This document shows positions 34,849-39,742 of a stretch of 39,742 nucleotides of DNA, piece by piece. The position numbers were made by a program, and so were the translations under genes. The first letter of the stretch is position 1, and each line of letters opens with the position of its first letter. The notes below the pieces were generated by a model that was not told the origin of the DNA, did not search any database, and worked only from the letters and a program-made list of their open reading frames with translations. This DNA is from Deltaproteobacteria bacterium (GTDB lineage: Bacteria > CG2-30-53-67): NCBI GenBank assembly GCA_013151235.1, contig JAADIO010000055.1, positions 1 through 39,742 of the forward strand, given 5' to 3'.

Positions 34849-36981
34849 TTATTCATCCCGGTAAAGACGTTTATAATTTTCCAGGTTCCGCAATACCCGC
34901 TTCACATACCCCCGGGTCTCCCGGAAGGGGATCGACTCGATCCGCTCATCCACATCAAGGTCCTTGGTCTTCTCCCACCAACGGTCGGAAGGGCGTTCAC
35001 CGGCATTGTAGCTTGAGAAAACCCGGACCAGGTCACCGCCGGACCGTTGAATGAGGTTGTTCAGATACCGGACACCAAAGGCAATATTGGTCTCCGGATC
35101 GAGAAGAGACTCCGGGGTAAAGGTTTCCACCCCGAGATCCCGGGCAATCAATTCACCGGTCGGAGGGATGATCTGCATCAGCCCGCGGGCATCCGAAAGA
35201 GAGATGCTGTCCACCTGATAAAGACTCTCCTGCCGCATCACCGCCAGGACCAGGAAGGGATCGATCCCATACCGGCCCGATTCTCTCCGGACCGTCTCCC
35301 AGAAGGCGCGGGGGTAGAGATACCTTTTGAAGAAGGGAGAATCTCCGCCGTTGACTGCGCTGTAATGATTCGTACTAACCCGGTACATCCAGCGGACGGC
35401 GTCGTAGAAATTGCCGCTCCGCTCGTAGAGATCCCCCACGTAACAGAGGTTCTTGTCCTTCTTTTCCAGAAGGTCCGCGACGGCGCGGATCTCCTCACGG
35501 GCCGCATCGGAAAAGCCGATCCGGATCAACTCTTCGGCATGGTCACGGTAATCGGCAAGGGGGGTGCCTTCCGCTGCTGCGGGTGGAGTGCGGTCACAGT
35601 CGGGGTCGTCCGACTCCGGCGAATCGGCAACAAGGTTCCAGGAGTATGTCAGTCGTTTGCGGGCCATCACGCCGTAAAAGTCCCAACCGAACTCCTTCGC
35701 AAGGCGCCGATAGATCGCCCGTGCTTTTTCAATCTCCTTTAACCGCTCCCTGCATCTTCCTTTCCAGTAAAGGGCGCCGGCATTGATCTTGGAGTCGGGA
35801 TAGCGGTCCATACAGAAATCGAATGCGGCTTCCGCCTTCCGATACTTTCCCGCACGGTATTCCATCCAGCCGATTCGCCAGGCCCCTTTGGACGCAAGAT
35901 CATTTTGCGGAGTCTTTTTCCCGATCCGGAGATAATACTCCCGGGCCTTCGAAATATTGCGACCGGCCTCATAAATCCGTCCCATGGCATAGAGCGCCCT
36001 GACGGTCCACTTACTCTTCGGATAATGCTTCAGAAGACGCTGAAACAGATGCCGGGCGGAACGGTCCTCATTCTTATTCCAAAAGGAATTGCCGAGCCAA
36101 TACAAGGCCTCGGACCGGATCGATGCCGCCCCGGCCTCGCGGGCAACCCGCTTCAGCAGTTTTCTCCCTTCCGGCAGGTCTCCCTCCTTGATCCAGGCCC
36201 GCCCTTTCAGGAGAAGCGCCTGGTCGGTGGGAATCCCCTTCGGATAGAGCTTCACCATCTCATGACAGTTTTCGATAACCCCGGGAAACTTCAGAGCCCG
36301 GAAGAGTTCCCGGATCCGGGTGAGATACAATTTTGCATCAGGAGATTTCGGAGGACTCTTCAGGCGTCCGGCAATCGACTCCCGGCGGCGGTCCGCCTCT
36401 TTCCCTTCCTCCGTGGCCGGGGATTGAAAAGCAAGGTGAAGATAGAGATCGTAGGCTTTCGCCCAGTCTTCCCGCCCCGCAGCGACCTCTCCCGCCAGCA
36501 GAGCGATCTTCCGGGCCAACTCCCCGGAGAGTTTCATCGACTGCAATTTCCGAAGAGCCGAAGCCGCCGGGCCGAACCGCCCGGATGCGATCAGAGACTT
36601 TATCTCTTCGATTCGTACACGTTCCAGGAGAAGACTCTCCGGATACTCTTTGAGAAACTGTTCCTCATGACGAAGGGCCGTCGCCGGATCGCCCGATTCA
36701 TTCTCCGCCCGAATCCGGTAGTAGAGGAGATAATCGTCCAGGATGTAATCAACACCGTCCAGCTTGTCGAGTTCGAGCCGGGCAATGAGGGAGTTCCCGT
36801 TTTTCAGGGCCATGACCCCGCTCACGAAGGTTTTGCGGATCCGTGACAGTGCCTCCCTGCCGGTCTGCTCCGTCCCCTTTTCCCGGGCCGAAAGCGGCCC
36901 GTCCGGAAACGGCAGGGCAAACCCGATCAAAAGGAGCAGCAGAAGCCGGACGGTCCATCCTCTATTTCGATTCCACATCAT
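34849..36981 (-). CDS. slt: Soluble lytic transglycosylase with TPR repeats (Slt-like)
   Basis: Signal peptide; TPRs; MRQES, ARGLMQI, SYNAG, IPFRETRGYVKRV. Confidence 0.9.
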   Translation of the reverse strand: MMWNRNRGWTVRLLLLLLIGFALPFPDGPLSAREKGTEQTGREALSRIRKTFVSGVMALKNGNSLIARLELDKLDGVDYILDDYLLYYRIRAENESGDPATALRHEEQFLKEYPESLLLERVRIEEIKSLIASGRFGPAASALRKLQSMKLSGELARKIALLAGEVAAGREDWAKAYDLYLHLAFQSPATEEGKEADRRRESIAGRLKSPPKSPDAKLYLTRIRELFRALKFPGVIENCHEMVKLYPKGIPTDQALLLKGRAWIKEGDLPEGRKLLKRVAREAGAASIRSEALYWLGNSFWNKNEDRSARHLFQRLLKHYPKSKWTVRALYAMGRIYEAGRNISKAREYYLRIGKKTPQNDLASKGAWRIGWMEYRAGKYRKAEAAFDFCMDRYPDSKINAGALYWKGRCRERLKEIEKARAIYRRLAKEFGWDFYGVMARKRLTYSWNLVADSPESDDPDCDRTPPAAAEGTPLADYRDHAEELIRIGFSDAAREEIRAVADLLEKKDKNLCYVGDLYERSGNFYDAVRWMYRVSTNHYSAVNGGDSPFFKRYLYPRAFWETVRRESGRYGIDPFLVLAVMRQESLYQVDSISLSDARGLMQIIPPTGELIARDLGVETFTPESLLDPETNIAFGVRYLNNLIQRSGGDLVRVFSSYNAGERPSDRWWEKTKDLDVDERIESIPFRETRGYVKRVLRNLENYKRLYRDE

Positions 36982-36996
36982 CTTCCCCGATCTTCT

Positions 36997-38193
36997 CTAT
37001 CTTCTTCGCTCCACTTCCACACCGCCGATCAGGACCCGTTCAACCTCGAGGGTCCCGGACAGGACGACCACATCGGCATCACCGCCCGGCAGGAGTTCCC
37101 CTTTCCCTTCGGAAAGTCCCAGGAGACGGGCCGGCGCAAGGGTCATCATGGAAAGGGCTTCCGCTAGGGGAATGCCGATCTTTTCAACGAGATGGCGGAA
37201 TGCATCCGCAAGAGTGATCCGGCTCCCGGCAAGATTGCCCGAGGCGTTCACCGCCGCGCCCTGCCGGATCGTCACCTCCTCGCCCCCCATCCGGAAACTC
37301 CCCTCCCCTTTCCCGCTCAGGGGAACGGCATCGGAAACTCCGATCATCCCCCCGGCCCCTTTCAACCGATGAATCATCCGGAGGGTAGCCTCGTGCAAAT
37401 GGCGGCCGTCGGCGATCACTTCCACCGTCACCCCGGGATCAAGAAGGGCAGCCACGGCACAACCGGGATTCCGGTGATGAAACCCCGTCATCGCATTAAA
37501 GAGATGGGTTACATGACGAACCCCGGCGTCAAAGGCGGCCTGCGCCTCTTCAAAGGAGGCCCCGCTGTGTCCGAGCACCGGAAGGATTCCGGCATCTAAA
37601 ATCTCCGAAACGGCCTTCATGCCGCCTTGGATCTCCGGAGCGATCGTCATCAGGCGGATTCTTCCGCTGGCGGCCTCCTGCAATGCCCGCACGGCCCCGG
37701 GTCGTGGTTTTGCCAACCCATCTTTTCCGAGGGCGCCCGCCCTCTGCGGATTGAGGTAGGGACCTTCCAGATTGAAACCGGGGAGATAGGGTAACGGCCC
37801 ATCTCCGGTTCCGGGATATCCGGAGGCAAGACAGGCAAGGGTCTCCTCCAGTTCCGGCAAAGGGAGGGGACGGACCGTCGGCAGAAGCGACGTCGTACCG
37901 TGCAGGGCGTGATACCGGGCCGCCCCGGTCCATCCGCCGGCATCGTTGAAGTCGAAACCACCCCCGCCATGTACATGCAGATCAACAAAACCGGGGACCA
38001 TGATCTTCCCCGTGCAGTCGATCCGGGTCGCACCGGGAGGGACCGGAAGGTTCGCGGCCTCCCCCAGGGCGGCAATCTTCCCCTTCTCCACGAGAAGCGC
38101 CCCGTCAGGGATCACATCCAGGGGGGTCAGGATCTTCCCATGGGTCAAAACAAGGGTCTTCTCCGCCTTTTCGATCCGTCCCATAGGAGTCAT
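36997..38193 (-). CDS. nagA: N-acetylglucosamine-6-phosphate deacetylase
   Basis: PGFVDLHVHG, LEGPY, APE, GHS, THLFNAM, IADGRH, SDA, LAGS. Start at 38193 or 38184; the longer ORF runs into repeats. Confidence 0.93.
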   Translation of the reverse strand: MTPMGRIEKAEKTLVLTHGKILTPLDVIPDGALLVEKGKIAALGEAANLPVPPGATRIDCTGKIMVPGFVDLHVHGGGGFDFNDAGGWTGAARYHALHGTTSLLPTVRPLPLPELEETLACLASGYPGTGDGPLPYLPGFNLEGPYLNPQRAGALGKDGLAKPRPGAVRALQEAASGRIRLMTIAPEIQGGMKAVSEILDAGILPVLGHSGASFEEAQAAFDAGVRHVTHLFNAMTGFHHRNPGCAVAALLDPGVTVEVIADGRHLHEATLRMIHRLKGAGGMIGVSDAVPLSGKGEGSFRMGGEEVTIRQGAAVNASGNLAGSRITLADAFRHLVEKIGIPLAEALSMMTLAPARLLGLSEGKGELLPGGDADVVVLSGTLEVERVLIGGVEVERRR

Positions 38194-38296
38194 CCATGAT
38201 GATTTTAAGGAAGAATTCCGTTCTTTAAAATTATCACAAAATAGATGTTTTATAAAGGAACATCTGGATTTAAAGAAAAGCATAAGGCGAAAAACT

Positions 38297-38636
38297 TTCA
38301 CCACGGAGACCACGGAGAAAAACCAAGGGCAAGGGCAGCACCACAGAAAAACAGAGTAAAACAAACGTCAAAAACGAAGAGCATTCACCATGAAGGTCAT
38401 GAAGGACATAAAGAAACCAAAGCCGAATGTTCTTCATGCACTGCATGGTGATTGTCTTTGAATCTGTCCTGCTTGGCGGCCTGCGTTCTTTGCGAGAGGC
38501 AGGTGTTGGTTTTGCCCCTGTCATTGTTTTTTGATTTCCCCGTGACTCCCCGTGTTCCCCGTGGTGCATTGCTTTTATTCTTTGCCTTTGCCATGTCCCG
38601 CTTCTCTCTGTGGTCTCTGTGAGCTCCGTGGTGAAT
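38297..38636. repeat. Two oppositely oriented arrays of periodic CYYYRTG-type motifs
   Basis: TTCACCACGGAGACCACGGAG, CACCACAGAAAAACAGAG, TTCACCATGAAGGTCATGAAGGACATAAAG; then CTTCATGCACTGCATGGTGA, CCCCGTGACTCCCCGTGTTCCCCGTGGT, CTCTGTGGTCTCTGTGAGCTCCGTGGTGAA. Confidence 0.8.
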
Positions 38637-38656
38637 TGCTATTGACCTTATTGTTT

Positions 38657-38684
38657 TTGATCTTAGGGAAAATTCGGGTATAAT
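38657..38684 (+). promoter_or_regulatory. Possible sigma70 promoter of the AOR gene
   Basis: TTGATC, 16 bp spacer, TATAAT, 45 bp before the start. Confidence 0.45.
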
Positions 38685-38729
38685 GACTCAACATCCAGGG
38701 CCATCGAAAATCAAACAAACGAGATCCCC

Positions 38730-39742
38730 ATGGACGGCTGGACCGGCAAAATCCTTCATATCGACCTGACCCGCAGGACCCATTCCGTCGAACGGCCCTC
38801 TCCCGCACTCTATGAAACATGGATCGGCGGGAAGGGACTGGCCGGACATTATCTGGCACCGCATATCACGGAAAAATGGGACACCCCCTCCATGCCGCTT
38901 CTCTTCTTCACCGGCCCCCTCGTCGGCACCCCTTCCCCCACATCGGGCCGGATGACCATCATGTCCCGTTCCCCCCTGACCGGCACCGTGGGCGACGCCT
39001 CGGTCGGAGGCAGGCTCGGAACAACGATCAAGCAGGCCGGGTGGGACGGGATCGTCATCACCGGGAAAAGCAGCGCTCTCTGCGGAATCGTGATCGGGGA
39101 TGATGAGAAGATCACTTTCACCGATGCGGAGAAATACCGGGGGATGGAGACGGGAAAGATCTTCGCCGCCCTGGGGAAAGAAGGCGGTTCGGCCGTGACC
39201 GGCCCGGCGGCGGAATCAGGCGTCCTCTTCGCGAACATCGTTGTGGACCGACGCTACTTCGCCGGCCGGAGCGGGCTCGGCCTCGTCATGGCCGCCAAGA
39301 ATCTTAAGTATCTTCATGTCACGGGAACGGGGAAGAACTCCCTTTTCGACCGGGAAGAGGTGATGCACGCACGGGAGGAGATCCTCCGCCTCGCCGCCGC
39401 CTCACCGATCCTGCAGGGCGAGTTCGGGATCACCCGTTTCGGAACCGGCGCCCTCTACGACCTGATGCACAACCGGCGGATGATGCCGACCCGGAATTTC
39501 CGGGCGACCCGCTTTGAAAATGCCGGGAAGATGAACGCCTGGCACTACCGGGAACGCTACGGCTACAGGAAGACCGGCTGCCGGGGGTGCCATATCCTCT
39601 GCAAGAAGAACAACCGGAAGGGGGAGGAACTTCCCGAGTTCGAGACCATGTCCCACTTCAGCGCCCTCATCGACAATCACGACCTCGACACAGTGGTGGA
39701 GGCGAACCGGACCTGCAACGAGACGGGAATGGACACGATCAC
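38730..39742 (+). CDS. Aldehyde:ferredoxin oxidoreductase family protein (partial, runs off the window)
   Basis: Hand translation MDGWTGKILHIDLT...IGGKGLA...TGPLVG...SRSPLTG...SVGG...KQAGWDGIVITGKS...AGRSGLG..M..KNLK. Not in the ORF track because there is no stop in the window. Confidence 0.92.
   Translation, partial: MDGWTGKILHIDLTRRTHSVERPSPALYETWIGGKGLAGHYLAPHITEKWDTPSMPLLFFTGPLVGTPSPTSGRMTIMSRSPLTGTVGDASVGGRLGTTIKQAGWDGIVITGKSSALCGIVIGDDEKITFTDAEKYRGMETGKIFAALGKEGGSAVTGPAAESGVLFANIVVDRRYFAGRSGLGLVMAAKNLKYLHVTGTGKNSLFDREEVMHAREEILRLAAASPILQGEFGITRFGTGALYDLMHNRRMMPTRNFRATRFENAGKMNAWHYRERYGYRKTGCRGCHILCKKNNRKGEELPEFETMSHFSALIDNHDLDTVVEANRTCNETGMDTI

Noticed and set aside
38194-38364. N-terminal extension of NagA in the ORF track (similar extensions for ORFs starting at 9128, 20939, 22680, 5558 and 15638)
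   Set aside because: The extensions run through repeats, promoters or neighbouring genes; downstream ATGs match the family N-termini.
38297-38636. Possible CRISPR array (also 7280-7450 and 14471-14580)
   Set aside because: Repeats are not identical, orientation flips, spacers are low-complexity, and there are no cas genes.

Overview
A GC-rich chromosomal window, probably from a deltaproteobacteria-like anaerobe (an inference from gene content: tungsten-type AOR, DUF4388 regulator, sigma54 amt). It is mostly housekeeping and envelope genes. These include a relBE-type TA pair, a Zn-ADH, an MltD-like LysM transglycosylase, a dicarboxylate/amino acid symporter, purMN, and an asd-tldD-kinase-kinase run. 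Further on are an atypical REC-DUF4388 plus GAF/degenerate-GGDEF pair, PASTA, UbiB/AarF and TPR-peptidase genes, coaE, an S4 protein, amt, PBP1A and nagZ. The end holds divergent gshA and gshB-like genes, a nagA-slt-D-aminoacylase-C26 hydrolase operon and a partial aldehyde:ferredoxin oxidoreductase. The most unusual signals are: (1) intergenic mosaics of tiny mobile-looking repeats, including a TA module bounded by TCAAGATTAAAGAC repeats with an apparent empty-site copy 13 kb away, a group IIC-like intron fragment, a 30-bp palindrome nested in its own copy, a REP-IHF-REP MITE and strand-biased arrays of triple-heptamer motifs; (2) a GshB homologue whose two glycine-rich catalytic loops are replaced; (3) a candidate non-canonical peptidoglycan-recycling operon. 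All calls come from motif recognition by eye; no searches were run.
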